The notes: generated from the sequence alone by a model not told the origin. A stretch of DNA of 64,000 nt from Actinomycetes bacterium (GCA_021826315.1 JAKAZZ010000008.1:3452-67451), one strand, 5' to 3'. Numbered from the stretch's first letter, positions 43,886 through 54,615 are shown. A program made the numbers and translations.

Positions 43886-44917
43886 CTAGAGTTCGAGAGA
43901 CCTCGCCCTTGCCATACGTATCGCTTCAATAGTCCGAAGATCCACTTCTTCGCTGCTGCTCTTTTCAAAGCCAAAGCCTTCGCCGACCATTGCAGCTAGG
44001 GTCTCGGCAGTGCTGATCCTCAAAGCATCGAGGTCATAACCACCCTCGAGAAAGACGATTCGCTTTCCGCTTGGCACCAGAGAGAAGAGCCAATCTACAA
44101 AGATGCGATAGTCAAATGAGGTAAGTCCCAAGTCGGTCAAGGGATCGATGTAGTGGCTATCGAATCCAGCAGATATCAGGACCCAGGTTGGCATGAAAGC
44201 CTCTACTTCGGGCGCGATAATCTGATCGATGGCAGCCCTATAAGTGCCGATTGTGCTTCCTGCCGGAAGAGGTATGTTGATGGTCCTGCCGACACCCTCA
44301 CCTTTACCGACCTCCGAGGCCCTACCGGTCCCAGGGTAGAGCGGGTACTGATGAAAAGACACGTAAAGCACAGAGGGGTCGGTGTAGAAGATGTCTTGGG
44401 TGCCATTTCCGTGGTGGGCATCGAAGTCTACGATCAGAACCCTTTCGCCTCGGTCAGAGAGGGCACGCGCAGCAACGGCAACATTATTGATCAGACAAAA
44501 CCCCATCGCTCGATCGAGGACTGCATGGTGACCAGGTGGCCTCACCGCCAAAAAGGCAGAGTCAGCCTCGCCACTATCAAGACGAGCGATCGCGTCTAAT
44601 CCGCTTCCCGCCGCCAAAATCGCAGCATCCCAAGAAGCCTCTGATACTGAGGTGTCTGGATCGAGTCGGCCACCTCCCATAAGACAGAAGCGCCTCAGAG
44701 CGTCGACGTATGACTTATCATGCACTCGATAGAGGGATTCAATGGGTGCAGGCGTGGGCGCAAAGAAGTTGACTGCATCGCCCAAGTGAGCCTCATCGAT
44801 CCCGCTTAGTACTGCTGTCAGTCGCTCCGGTCGCTCCGGGTGTGAAGTTCCGGCATCGTGTTCGTGAAATTTTTGATGCATTCCAAAGATAAGTCCCACA
44901 CCCTCTAGAATAGGCAC
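43886..44917 (-). CDS. histone deacetylase-family (Zn-dependent) deacylase
   Basis: HPERPERL, RPPGHHA, GFC, DFDAHHGNGTQ, LEGGY. Confidence 0.93.
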   Translation of the reverse strand: MPILEGVGLIFGMHQKFHEHDAGTSHPERPERLTAVLSGIDEAHLGDAVNFFAPTPAPIESLYRVHDKSYVDALRRFCLMGGGRLDPDTSVSEASWDAAILAAGSGLDAIARLDSGEADSAFLAVRPPGHHAVLDRAMGFCLINNVAVAARALSDRGERVLIVDFDAHHGNGTQDIFYTDPSVLYVSFHQYPLYPGTGRASEVGKGEGVGRTINIPLPAGSTIGTYRAAIDQIIAPEVEAFMPTWVLISAGFDSHYIDPLTDLGLTSFDYRIFVDWLFSLVPSGKRIVFLEGGYDLDALRISTAETLAAMVGEGFGFEKSSSEEVDLRTIEAIRMARARSLEL

Positions 44918-45085
44918 AATTAGCCACCGATTATGAATCGGATTAACTATTTCGAGGTAGCGCAGTGTCGATAAGCATTATGCCGAGTTTGCGCCGTGGA
45001 CTATTCCGCCTAGGTGCAATGAGATACACCTCGTCTTCCTAGTCTCTATTTACTGAGATTAATAGATCCCTCTGGTAAGTATCAA

Positions 45086-47107
45086 ATGCGCCCATATAAC
45101 AGACGAATAGATGCCGCTGCGGTACTTGCGCGGGCCTCAACTAAGGTTGCACGGCTCATCGTCGCTATTTTCATCACTCTTATCGCGACTAATCTCTCGT
45201 CGATCATCAAATTGCAACACAATTCGACCCTGGTATCTGATAATTCAACCATCACCCTTTTAAATGGTCCAACTACCGCCGTACTCAACCAAACCTACGA
45301 GACGACTTTCGCCATCAATAACGTCCCCAAAAACTCATACCTCGAGGTTTATATCTATCCACACCTAAGTAGCAGAAGTGAAGTTCAATACTTCTCAACC
45401 CTCTTCGACGGAAACCTGCCACTCGCAGTATCAAATGCAATTCCAATAACTGGTTCGGGAAAGATCACCATTCCCCTAACTCTCCTATCGCAGGCACAAG
45501 CCTCCGGAGTAACACAAAGCGGGATTGCGATTCCACTTCCGGAATGCAGTACGAATCCCTGTGACGGCGTCTATCCAATTCACTTCAACATAGTTACCGA
45601 TGGCGAGGTGACTACGACGATACGAATTCCCGTATCAATAACCTCAGGAACCACCGTACCTTCACTCCCTCTTGGGACGGCAATCAACATCGACCTAACG
45701 CAATTGAGCAATAAAGACATCGCGACCTCGTTGCCAGAGGTGGTAGACGAACTCATCTCGCTACCTCAAATCTCGGCGACCTTAACCCTTACAGGACAGC
45801 AGCTCGAAGGTCTAACGACTTCAAAGTCACCAATCCTCCGCAATGCAACTAAGAGTCTTCTCAGCTGGAATAACAATCAAAATCACGAAGTCCACGTCGA
45901 CGAACAGGCTCCTTTGGACCTGGCATCGTTGGCAAATACCTCTGTAGATAGCCTCATCGCGACGAACTTTCAATTAGCCAAAGCCGCTATCTCCTCGACA
46001 AGTATTCTTCCGAGTAAGTACCTCGTGACCAACTACCAACTCGATCAAAAGTCACTCGATCAAATCAGCGCCCTTGGAATTTCAAATGTCATAATTCCCG
46101 CCAACTATGTAAACACCCCCGATCTCAAGTACACGATCACATCCCCGATAGATCTTGAGACAAAGGGTGGCGGCTCGGTGGCGGCATTCCTTATGGACAG
46201 GCAACTCGGCAGTGACTTCATCAAGACCTCGAACCCCTACTACAACGCAAGCCTTCTAACGAGCGATCTTACGGCGATCTACGAGGATCAGCCGAACGAT
46301 CCAAATCAACGGGTAGTGGTCGCTAATCTTGCCATTAGAGGCTCGACTGAGGTATCAACCTTGATCGACTTCCTTGGAGGGCTCGCCTCTACACACCTTC
46401 TAAAGACCGAGAGTTTGACCAACGCAACGACTCTTGCCTCATCGATTGCGCCCGAGACGGTAGGGACTTTCTCGAGAGCAACACCTAAGTCGATTGGCCA
46501 GATTGGCCAAATTCAAGTTGCGATGCGCAAGATTCAGTCTGCAGCTAGTGCCAATCTTCCCGACAAGGTGATAAACGATCTACTTTCGAACGTTTTGGCT
46601 GCAACTTCGCCCTTGAATCAAGGGTCGCAGTCATCTCTACTTAACGAAAATGATCAGATTTTGACCAGGATATTTAGTGGAATCACGATTCCCGCCAGCA
46701 AGGCGGTAACCATCTCGTCGCGAAGGTCGACTGTTCCGATATCGATCAGCGCCAAGAGTCCAAGTACAAACCTAAAGGTAAAAGTATCTTTGATAAGCGA
46801 CCGTGTTCGGGTGGATGGTGGTAACTCACGGCTCGTACGGCTCACCTCTTCAAACGACACCATTTCTCTTACGATGAACGTCAATGCGTCAGGAATCTTT
46901 AGAGCTACTATCGCGGTGACTACACCCGATGGCTACATAAAGCTCGGACAATCGAACATAACATTCGACTACTGGGCGTATGGTTATATTGGAACTGTAG
47001 TTACGATTGTCTTTGCCTTACTGCTAATTATTTGGTGGATACGAACCTTCTCGCGAGGACGACCGCGCAATAGCAACTTGCTTCCGAAGGAAAAAATTGC
47101 AGACTAA
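45086..47107 (+). CDS. large extracytoplasmic membrane-anchored protein (DUF6049/Rv3909-like)
   Basis: N-terminal signal, GVYP motif, C-terminal TM; overlaps murJ start as in other actinobacteria. Confidence 0.6.
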   Translation: MRPYNRRIDAAAVLARASTKVARLIVAIFITLIATNLSSIIKLQHNSTLVSDNSTITLLNGPTTAVLNQTYETTFAINNVPKNSYLEVYIYPHLSSRSEVQYFSTLFDGNLPLAVSNAIPITGSGKITIPLTLLSQAQASGVTQSGIAIPLPECSTNPCDGVYPIHFNIVTDGEVTTTIRIPVSITSGTTVPSLPLGTAINIDLTQLSNKDIATSLPEVVDELISLPQISATLTLTGQQLEGLTTSKSPILRNATKSLLSWNNNQNHEVHVDEQAPLDLASLANTSVDSLIATNFQLAKAAISSTSILPSKYLVTNYQLDQKSLDQISALGISNVIIPANYVNTPDLKYTITSPIDLETKGGGSVAAFLMDRQLGSDFIKTSNPYYNASLLTSDLTAIYEDQPNDPNQRVVVANLAIRGSTEVSTLIDFLGGLASTHLLKTESLTNATTLASSIAPETVGTFSRATPKSIGQIGQIQVAMRKIQSAASANLPDKVINDLLSNVLAATSPLNQGSQSSLLNENDQILTRIFSGITIPASKAVTISSRRSTVPISISAKSPSTNLKVKVSLISDRVRVDGGNSRLVRLTSSNDTISLTMNVNASGIFRATIAVTTPDGYIKLGQSNITFDYWAYGYIGTVVTIVFALLLIIWWIRTFSRGRPRNSNLLPKEKIAD

Positions 47108-48725
47108 AACTTCCGCTCTTTCGTCACTGACTGCGAAGTTATCGATCCGCTCACGCCACGTAGGCGCAATGGCGATCGGGACCCTGATCAGTCGAGTGAC
47201 TGGGCTCTTCAGGTTGAGCGTCATTGCATGGTCCCTTGGAATTTCGACGTTATCGGATATCTTCAACCTCTCAAACAACGCCCCAAATACCTTTTTCGAT
47301 CTTCTCATCGGAGGCGTTTTAGCCTCGACGATCACACCGGTAATGGTTGCGTCGGCCTCAAGAACGTCACGTAGAGAAGCTCGTCGAGCTCTTTCGGCAA
47401 TATCAACTATCACAACTTTGGCATTAATTGTTGCAAGTATTCTCTTCGAACTTCTTGCACCGCTAATCATGCGGGCCTACTTCGTCTCCAACCACCAACC
47501 CACCCGTGAGCTTCAATTACAAGCAGCCACTAACCTGCTTCGCTTCTTCGCACCGCAACTCTTTTTCTACGGCGTAATATCGCTCGCTACATCACTTTTG
47601 AACACAAAGCGCCACTTCAAAGTACCCGCCTTTGCACCAATCGCCAATAACGTCGTCGCGATCTTGACGCTAGTTATATTTCACTTTTCGTACGCTCGCC
47701 TAACTGAATTGCAACGAGTCAGCGGTCTAGCACACGCCTCCACGCCTCTCTTTGTCTTAGGATTGGGCACAACGGCTGGAGTAGCAATTCAGTGTCTCGT
47801 AGTCATAATTGCAGTTCTGAAATCCAATATCTCCCTATCATTTATCTTTGACCTTCGCCACAGCGCCGTGCGGGAGATCTTTAGGCTTTCAGGTTGGAGT
47901 TTTGGATACGTAGTTGCGAATCAGATCTCTCTGTACGTCGTCTTGGCTCTTGCCGAAGGTCACGAAGCTGGCGCTGTAAGCGCCTACAACAACTCGTATC
48001 TCTTCTTTCAACTCCCCTATGGAATCGCGGCTTTTTCAGTAATGGCTGCGATAATACCGGATCTATCCGAGTACTACACCCACGGAGAGCGCTCAAACTT
48101 TGTAAGTACCCTATCTAGGGGCCTTCGAGTCTCGGTAGCACCACTCATACCATTCACAGCGCTCTATCTGACCGCCGCACCCGCGTTAGTTACTCTTCTC
48201 CTTGGCCACGGAGCGGCCACACAAGCTGGTATAAATCAAACGGCTCGTTCACTCGAAGCCCTGGGGCTGGGTCTAGTTCCATTCGGTAGTTTTCTCGCCC
48301 TTGTACAGGGCTTGCAAGCAGCACGCGCAGCAAAAGAGGTCTTCTTTACCTACCTCGTTGAAAACACCGTGAACGTCGTTTTAGCGTTAGTTTTAGTCAA
48401 ATCACTCGGAGTCTTCGGTCTATCCCTGAGCGTCACAATTGCATATATGGTTGGTACTGTGGTTGCCCTTGGATTTATGACTCGGCGCAAGATTCGTCCC
48501 CGTCTCATGGCGACCATCCTCTCGTGGACAAAGATCGGTATCGCCTCGATTGCAATGGGTTTAGGAATCTTATTTACCTCTCACAAGATTCCGACTTCAA
48601 GAGGCTTTATCGAGATCGTCTATATTGGCATAGAACTTCTAATTGGAGGAGCACTCTTCGTAGGAGTACTTCTTGGAAGTTACGGTTTATCAGTCACACT
48701 AAAGGGCAAGAGACAACATGTCTAA
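47097..48725 (+). CDS. murJ: lipid II flippase MurJ
   Basis: SRVTGLFR, NNAPN...GGVL, FFAPQLFFYG, FQLPYG. Confidence 0.9.
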   Translation: MQTKTSALSSLTAKLSIRSRHVGAMAIGTLISRVTGLFRLSVIAWSLGISTLSDIFNLSNNAPNTFFDLLIGGVLASTITPVMVASASRTSRREARRALSAISTITTLALIVASILFELLAPLIMRAYFVSNHQPTRELQLQAATNLLRFFAPQLFFYGVISLATSLLNTKRHFKVPAFAPIANNVVAILTLVIFHFSYARLTELQRVSGLAHASTPLFVLGLGTTAGVAIQCLVVIIAVLKSNISLSFIFDLRHSAVREIFRLSGWSFGYVVANQISLYVVLALAEGHEAGAVSAYNNSYLFFQLPYGIAAFSVMAAIIPDLSEYYTHGERSNFVSTLSRGLRVSVAPLIPFTALYLTAAPALVTLLLGHGAATQAGINQTARSLEALGLGLVPFGSFLALVQGLQAARAAKEVFFTYLVENTVNVVLALVLVKSLGVFGLSLSVTIAYMVGTVVALGFMTRRKIRPRLMATILSWTKIGIASIAMGLGILFTSHKIPTSRGFIEIVYIGIELLIGGALFVGVLLGSYGLSVTLKGKRQHV

Positions 48726-49563
48726 CGTAAAGGTGATCACTGATTCTGCCGGGGACATTCCGCCGGCGATGATAAGTGAGCTAAACATTGGAGTAGTTCC
48801 GTTGTCGATCACCATCGACGACAAGACCTACGTTGACCTAGTAGAACTGTCGACCGAGGACTTCTGGAGGCTAGCAGGTATTTCTAACGGCCTCCCAATG
48901 ACTGCAGCACCATCTTCAGAGGCCTTCAAGGATGCCTATAGAACGGCAGCATCAGAGGGGTCTAGAGAGATCCTGGTGGTAACGCTTTCAGCGAAGCTAT
49001 CTGCCACCTATCAAAGCGCTAAAACCGCTGCAGAAGAGTTCACCGCAGAGGATGGCTCAGTCAAAATAATGGTCCTCGACACTGAACTTGCTACATACGG
49101 CGAAGGAAGGTTAGCCGTCTATGCCGCCCAAAATTCACACAAGCCACTCGAGGAGCTCTTCAACGCGGTCGACTCGTTGAGGGCGCGGACAGAGGTAATC
49201 GGCACGATCGATACATTAGACAACCTCCGCAAAGGGGGACGCATAGGCGCTGCTGCGGCAACTTTAGGTTCTCTACTATCAGTAAAGCCCATAATTGAAG
49301 TTCGTGACGGTGTAGTTGAATCTCCGGCAAAGCAGAGGACTAGGAAGCGCGCCCTCGACTACTTGATTAGCTACCTATCAGAGCGCTCCGAGCGAATTGA
49401 CGAGATCGCTGTCATCTCTGCAAACGCCACCGATACGGATGAATTTATCTCTCGCATCCAAGAGATATTTCCAACAAAGACGATCCTCTCCACGACTATT
49501 GGCCCCGTAATTGGGAGTCATGCCGGAAGAGGCACTATCGGGATCACCTTTACGACGCTCTAG
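48718..49563 (+). CDS. DegV-family fatty acid-binding protein
   Basis: ITDS, LSATYQSA, NLRKGGRIG, IGSHAG. Confidence 0.92.
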   Translation: MSNVKVITDSAGDIPPAMISELNIGVVPLSITIDDKTYVDLVELSTEDFWRLAGISNGLPMTAAPSSEAFKDAYRTAASEGSREILVVTLSAKLSATYQSAKTAAEEFTAEDGSVKIMVLDTELATYGEGRLAVYAAQNSHKPLEELFNAVDSLRARTEVIGTIDTLDNLRKGGRIGAAAATLGSLLSVKPIIEVRDGVVESPAKQRTRKRALDYLISYLSERSERIDEIAVISANATDTDEFISRIQEIFPTKTILSTTIGPVIGSHAGRGTIGITFTTL

Positions 49564-49642
49564 ATAAATATAAAATTAGACTAACTTTGAAGACGCACGC
49601 CAAATCTGCGTCGTCGAGTCCACTCGTTAGGAGTTCAATCAA

Positions 49643-49958
49643 CATGGCTGACGATAAATCGATAACCACTACTAGCAACTGGCCTGAAAGAGCCGCTCAA
49701 ATTGTAGTTGAGGTTACTGATAACATCAGAGAAAAGGGGATCTCTCCCCTCTATCGCCTCGTTCGAATCATAACCCTTGGCTTAATGGGACTACTCCTAA
49801 CTATCGCCGTGGCTATCCTTGGCCTAATCGGAGTCATCAGAGTTCTCGACTCGTACCTCTTCGCCGCTCACCAATGGGTGACATATGCCATTTTGGGAAC
49901 TATTTTTCTGGCACTTGGTTTAATCCTTTGGTCAAAAAGAATTAAGAAGGAAGATTAA
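49643..49958 (+). CDS. small membrane protein
   Basis: RBS AGGAG before ATG 49643; two TM helices; stop overlaps trxB start. Confidence 0.65.
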
Positions 49959-50917
49959 TGGCAGAGAGAGTCAAAGTAGCGATCGTAGGATCCGGTCCAG
50001 CAGGACTAACAGCGGCGATCTACACCGCTAGAGCAAATCTAGAACCTGTAGTAATAGAGGGTGAAATATCATCTACTTCTGATCAACCAGGCGGCCAACT
50101 TATGCTGACCACCGAGATTGAGAACTTCCCGGGTTTCATCAACGGTATCGAAGGCCCGGAATTGATGGCCAACTTCAAGGCTCAAGCCGAGCGCTTTGGC
50201 GCGAAGATCCACTCCGCTAAAGTCTCAAAGGTTGACTTTAGCGAACGCCCTTTCAAACTTTGGACCTCAGATCAGACCGACGATACTGAACCTGCGTACA
50301 TCGCAGATTCAGTAATCATCTCCACTGGTGCACGTTCTCTAATGCTTGGCCTCGATCGAGAGATCGAACTGATTGGCCATGGTGTCTCAACTTGCGCTAC
50401 CTGTGACGGATTCTTCTTCCGCGGCAAAGAGATAGCAGTTGTTGGAGGTGGCGATTCAGCAATGGAAGAGGCCATCTTTCTAACTAAATTTGCGTCCCGG
50501 GTTTACCTAATCGTAAGGCGTGGCGAACTCCGTGCGTCGAAGATCATGGCTGAGCGCGCGTTGAAGAACGAAAAGATAACGATCGTATGGAATAGCGTCG
50601 TCTCTAAACTAAACGGGACGAGTTCACTTGCTTCGATCGAACTAACAAATATAAAGGAATCGACAACGAGCCAACTAGATGTATCTGGTCTATTCGTTGC
50701 GATTGGTCACGTACCGAATACCGACATCTTCGCATCGCAGATTGAGATGGAAGAGACCGGTTATATCGTTACTTCGAAGGGTACCTACACCTCAGTCGAT
50801 GGCGTCTTTGCTTGCGGAGACGTCCAAGACCACACCTATCGCCAGGCAATCACCGCAGCAGGTTCAGGGTGTATGGCAGCAATTGATGTCGAACGATGGC
50901 TCGAAAATCAGCACTAA
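49958..50917 (+). CDS. trxB: thioredoxin reductase
   Basis: GSGPAG, CATCDG, GGGDSAMEE, YRQAITAAGSG. Confidence 0.98.
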   Translation: MAERVKVAIVGSGPAGLTAAIYTARANLEPVVIEGEISSTSDQPGGQLMLTTEIENFPGFINGIEGPELMANFKAQAERFGAKIHSAKVSKVDFSERPFKLWTSDQTDDTEPAYIADSVIISTGARSLMLGLDREIELIGHGVSTCATCDGFFFRGKEIAVVGGGDSAMEEAIFLTKFASRVYLIVRRGELRASKIMAERALKNEKITIVWNSVVSKLNGTSSLASIELTNIKESTTSQLDVSGLFVAIGHVPNTDIFASQIEMEETGYIVTSKGTYTSVDGVFACGDVQDHTYRQAITAAGSGCMAAIDVERWLENQH

Positions 50918-50978
50918 GGGAATACTCGACTATCGAAGTCGCGTTTTGCAAACAAACAATAGATGGAGACAAGACAAA

Positions 50979-51290
50979 ATGAAGACCCTTACCGACTCAT
51001 CCTTCAATGAGGAACTCATCAATAACGATCTAATGCTTGTTGACTTTTGGGCAGAGTGGTGCGGACCATGTAAGTTAGTGGCTCCTATCCTTGAAGAGAT
51101 CGAGCGAGACAAAGCCGGCGCGCTAACCGTTGGTAAGCTAGATATAGATGAAAATCTAGATGTCGCACGCAGGTTCGAAGTTATGTCGATTCCCACGATG
51201 ATCCTCTTCAAAAAGGGTGAGCCAGTTGCTCGAATCGTGGGCGCAAAGTCGAAGAACGCAATCCTTCGCGAACTAGAGAGTCACTTCTAA
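50979..51290 (+). CDS. trxA: thioredoxin
   Basis: WAEWCGPCK; start at ATG 50979. Confidence 0.96.
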   Translation: MKTLTDSSFNEELINNDLMLVDFWAEWCGPCKLVAPILEEIERDKAGALTVGKLDIDENLDVARRFEVMSIPTMILFKKGEPVARIVGAKSKNAILRELESHF

Positions 51291-51300
51291 AGAGAAAAGA

Positions 51301-52293
51301 TTGGAGCGATCGGAACAGGTGGAAGAAGAATACTCAGATCCATCTCTTCCGATCTCACCACTGTCGGGCCATAACTCGATCGCCCACCTTCAGCGACAGC
51401 TAACCCAATGCGGCTTTGTCGCAGTCGATCCAATAGGAGTCTTTGGTCCATCGACTCGAAGCCAGCTCCGCGGATTCCAACGCAAGAATGGAGTCGACCC
51501 GACAGGAATCTGTGACTCAAACACTTGGCGACTACTAGTTGAATCTCATTGGAACCTAGGTGACCGCCTCCTTTATCTCAAAACGCCGATGATGCGCGGT
51601 AATGATGTGGCTCAACTCCAAGGGCGTCTATCATGGCTAGGTTTCGACGCTGGTGCCGTCGATGGGGTCTTTGGCACAGATACCCTGAGCGCAGTTACCG
51701 AGTTTCAACTAAACGTTGGGCTAGCTGGAGATGGGATCTGCGGCAAAGAAACTGTCGTAGAACTCAACCGCAACATAGGCCGATCACAGATGACAGTAAG
51801 CGCCTTCAAAGAACAGTTGCGCCTTGTAGAGTTTGCAACAGACCTCCTCAATCGAAAGATAGCTATTTCTGGCTCAATCGAGAGCAGTGCAATCGTAGAG
51901 GATGTCAGGGTACGCCTACGCCAAGGCGGGTACAAAGTAACAAGTTTCACTCATTACAACTACATGAGACTCGCACACGCCATCAATAGCTCATCGTGCG
52001 ACCTCGTAATTCACCTCGAGATTTCAAGATCCGACAATAGCTCAATCGAATACTTCAAGGGCTACCACCAAACATCTCCTATCGGCCAATCCCTTGCGCA
52101 GGCGCTACATAACGCACTCCTTCAACAGATCGAAAATGAGACAGTCACGCTTGAAGGTACAACCCACCAGATACTTCAATTGACCAAGGCTCCTGCTATA
52201 TCTTTCGCTATATCTAAACCTCTACTTCACCATACACCTTGGCCAACCTTAACTGAGATTATTGCCACTACTCTGAGCTGCGCTTTTAACTAG
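51301..52293 (+). CDS. CwlM-like peptidoglycan-binding protein with degenerate amidase domain
   Basis: Two PG-binding domains (FQRKNGVDPTGICD; LGDRLLY..GNDVAQLQ), position after trxBA. Confidence 0.8.
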   Translation: MERSEQVEEEYSDPSLPISPLSGHNSIAHLQRQLTQCGFVAVDPIGVFGPSTRSQLRGFQRKNGVDPTGICDSNTWRLLVESHWNLGDRLLYLKTPMMRGNDVAQLQGRLSWLGFDAGAVDGVFGTDTLSAVTEFQLNVGLAGDGICGKETVVELNRNIGRSQMTVSAFKEQLRLVEFATDLLNRKIAISGSIESSAIVEDVRVRLRQGGYKVTSFTHYNYMRLAHAINSSSCDLVIHLEISRSDNSSIEYFKGYHQTSPIGQSLAQALHNALLQQIENETVTLEGTTHQILQLTKAPAISFAISKPLLHHTPWPTLTEIIATTLSCAFN

Positions 52294-52302
52294 TACGCAG
52301 AC

Positions 52303-52323
52303 TTATTCACAAACTTATCCACA
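52303..52323. promoter_or_regulatory. tandem DnaA boxes outside oriC
   Basis: TTATTCACA-aac-TTATCCACA. Confidence 0.75.
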
Positions 52324-52425
52324 CATGTGTAAATCTCATATTGACCTTTAGAATTACCAAAATATATATTCGTCAAACGAACTAAAATTCATCCCCCCAA
52401 AACAACTTTTTACTGCATGGTTTCT

Positions 52426-52452
52426 TAAGAAAACTAACTGTCATTCCGATAT
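52426..52452 (+). promoter_or_regulatory. sigma28 (FliA/WhiG)-like promoter
   Basis: TAAG-N15-TCCGATAT vs TAAA-N15-GCCGATAT/A. Confidence 0.5.
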
Positions 52453-52460
52453 GCATAAGC

Positions 52461-53714
52461 GTGGGTGCACAAAACAGTACGCAGATGCAATACGAGAAAC
52501 AAGATAGAAACATCGAAGAAAAACTCTCCGATGCCCTATTTTCCTATTTACGAATAGATCCAACACCTCTTTTAGTCACTAAATCCAACAAGATTCTCTG
52601 GATCAACGACGCACTGGAAGAACTACTAGCCATTGGTCTTGACGACGTGTTCCAACTGGACATCTCTGAAGTTGTAATCGACGAATTACCAACGATAAAG
52701 ATACGAAACACCCAGGGAAAAGGCACCGCATTTCACAACACCGGTCGCGAAATAGGGGTCCACGTTCAAGCAACTCCGGTCGGCGACGACACTACAGTAA
52801 TCAAAATTACACCAATGTCATTCGAAAAAAGTGAAAGCGAAATAACCAAATACCGAGAACGCTTATGGGTACTAGCAAATCAAATTAAAATAGGAGTTTT
52901 CTATAGCGAAGCTGGGGCGCGAATTCAATTCGCAAACGATGCAATGGCGCAAATATACGAAAGCCCGATCGAAACCCTATTGGGAACCGGTTGGATAGAC
53001 CAAATTCCGCCTAAACAACGGGAAAAAGTGGAACGAACCATATTGGATACGCTATCAGGGCAGAGCTCGAGCGTTGAAATTAAAATAACAACCCTAACCA
53101 ATCGCGTTAAGGACGTGCTCCTCACCCTATCGCCCATCATCTCCAACGATTCAAAATTCGGCTTTGCGGCTACCGCAGAGGATATAACCGAGCGACTACA
53201 GAAAGAGCAGGAGATGGAGAGAGCAGCACTATACGACTCTCTCACTGGTCTGAAAAACAGAATATCCCTCAACCACAATTATCACGACCTCATAGATCAA
53301 TTGCAAAGCGGTACGATCAATAGCATTACGGCAATCTTCTGCGATCTAAATAATTTCAAGACAGTAAACGACACCTATGGCCATAATGCGGGGGACCGGG
53401 TACTAATATCGTTCGCCACTGCCCTATCAAGAACTTTGGGCTCCCACCTCGTACCATACCGATATGCCGGCGACGAATTTGTTGTGATCGGAACAGACCT
53501 AGCGGAAGAAGAACTGAGAGAAACCCTAAGCGAATTGCGAAGAAACACATCACTAGAGATCTCCTTTGGTAACAACATCATAAGAACTAACGCGAGTTTC
53601 GGTTATCACACCACGGATTCCAACAAACATGAGCTCTCGGAATTGATCGCCGAAGCGGATTGTGCAATGTATAAAGAAAAACAGGAAACTAGGGCGACCA
53701 GAGAGGGGAAATAA
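52461..53714 (+). CDS. PAS-domain diguanylate cyclase (AGDEF variant)
   Basis: PAS-like repeats, DSLTGLKNR, DLNNFKTVNDTYGHNAGD, YRYAGDEF. Confidence 0.9.
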   Translation: MGAQNSTQMQYEKQDRNIEEKLSDALFSYLRIDPTPLLVTKSNKILWINDALEELLAIGLDDVFQLDISEVVIDELPTIKIRNTQGKGTAFHNTGREIGVHVQATPVGDDTTVIKITPMSFEKSESEITKYRERLWVLANQIKIGVFYSEAGARIQFANDAMAQIYESPIETLLGTGWIDQIPPKQREKVERTILDTLSGQSSSVEIKITTLTNRVKDVLLTLSPIISNDSKFGFAATAEDITERLQKEQEMERAALYDSLTGLKNRISLNHNYHDLIDQLQSGTINSITAIFCDLNNFKTVNDTYGHNAGDRVLISFATALSRTLGSHLVPYRYAGDEFVVIGTDLAEEELRETLSELRRNTSLEISFGNNIIRTNASFGYHTTDSNKHELSELIAEADCAMYKEKQETRATREGK

Positions 53715-53715
53715 A

Positions 53716-54522
53716 TTGGCGCCGGAACTTCTCAGTTCGATAAACCGCATGAAAAACAGCAACTCCAGCACATCGGTTGCGCACTCAATCATCTCAGCAA
53801 TCGATAACCCCGATATGGGCGCCAACGACATAAGTAGGATGGTCTTTACCGACCCGCTATTGAGCGCCAGCGTAATGAGAATCGCGAACTCAAGCTATTA
53901 CGGACTAAAAGGTAAGGTCGCTAGTCTACCCTTTGCTATATCAATACTAGGAATGACAGCAATACGCTCCATAGCACTTGCATCACTCATGCGTCAATCA
54001 ATATCCATACCTTACAACATCTGGAAGAGATTCCTTGAGAATGGGGCCATCTCCGCTAAAACCGCTGAAGTCCTTTCAATTGACAGATCATCTGGACTTT
54101 CAAGCGGCCTTTTGGCCGATTTCGGCGAAATACTCATCCATAACTTTGACACACAGGGTTATCACGACATCAAGCAAGAGGTAAGCACCTTACCTGTCTA
54201 CGAACGAGGACCGATACAAGAGGCATTAGAAGTCGAAAGGTACGCAGTAAACCACTCAAACCTCTCAAGGATGATACTAGAACGATGGGGTTTCCCCGAG
54301 ACAATCTGCTGCGCCGTCGCAAAGCAACACGAAGAACCGTCGAAACAAGATAACGCCATCAACCACGCCCTTTACTGGGGTCTAATGATCTCAGAAGAGT
54401 ACGGTTCCGCGGATGGAACACTCCATGATCTATCATTTCTACCCTCTCAAATCTCGACAATCAACTTCGAAGAACTGGAGAATGACACAGACGAGTTCGT
54501 AAAGCAGTTATCAACCCTTTAA
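53716..54522 (+). CDS. HDOD domain protein
   Basis: DPLLSASVMRIANSSYYG, GLLADFG, H...L..WGFP; start TTG 53716. Confidence 0.85.
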   Translation: MAPELLSSINRMKNSNSSTSVAHSIISAIDNPDMGANDISRMVFTDPLLSASVMRIANSSYYGLKGKVASLPFAISILGMTAIRSIALASLMRQSISIPYNIWKRFLENGAISAKTAEVLSIDRSSGLSSGLLADFGEILIHNFDTQGYHDIKQEVSTLPVYERGPIQEALEVERYAVNHSNLSRMILERWGFPETICCAVAKQHEEPSKQDNAINHALYWGLMISEEYGSADGTLHDLSFLPSQISTINFEELENDTDEFVKQLSTL

Positions 54523-54599
54523 AGCTGATTCATATCGCCCTATAAGCCATTTCAATATCATCAACTGCTATAGACTATCGGTATAAGCCAAGACCGCAA

Positions 54600-54615
54600 T
54601 GTTTCACGTGAAACA
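54600..54615. promoter_or_regulatory. parS centromere site
   Basis: Perfect TGTTTCACGTGAAACA immediately upstream of parA. Confidence 0.95.

Noticed and set aside
50679-50978. N-terminal extension of trxA in the ORF track
   Set aside because: Overlaps trxB; real start is ATG 50979 with upstream GGAG
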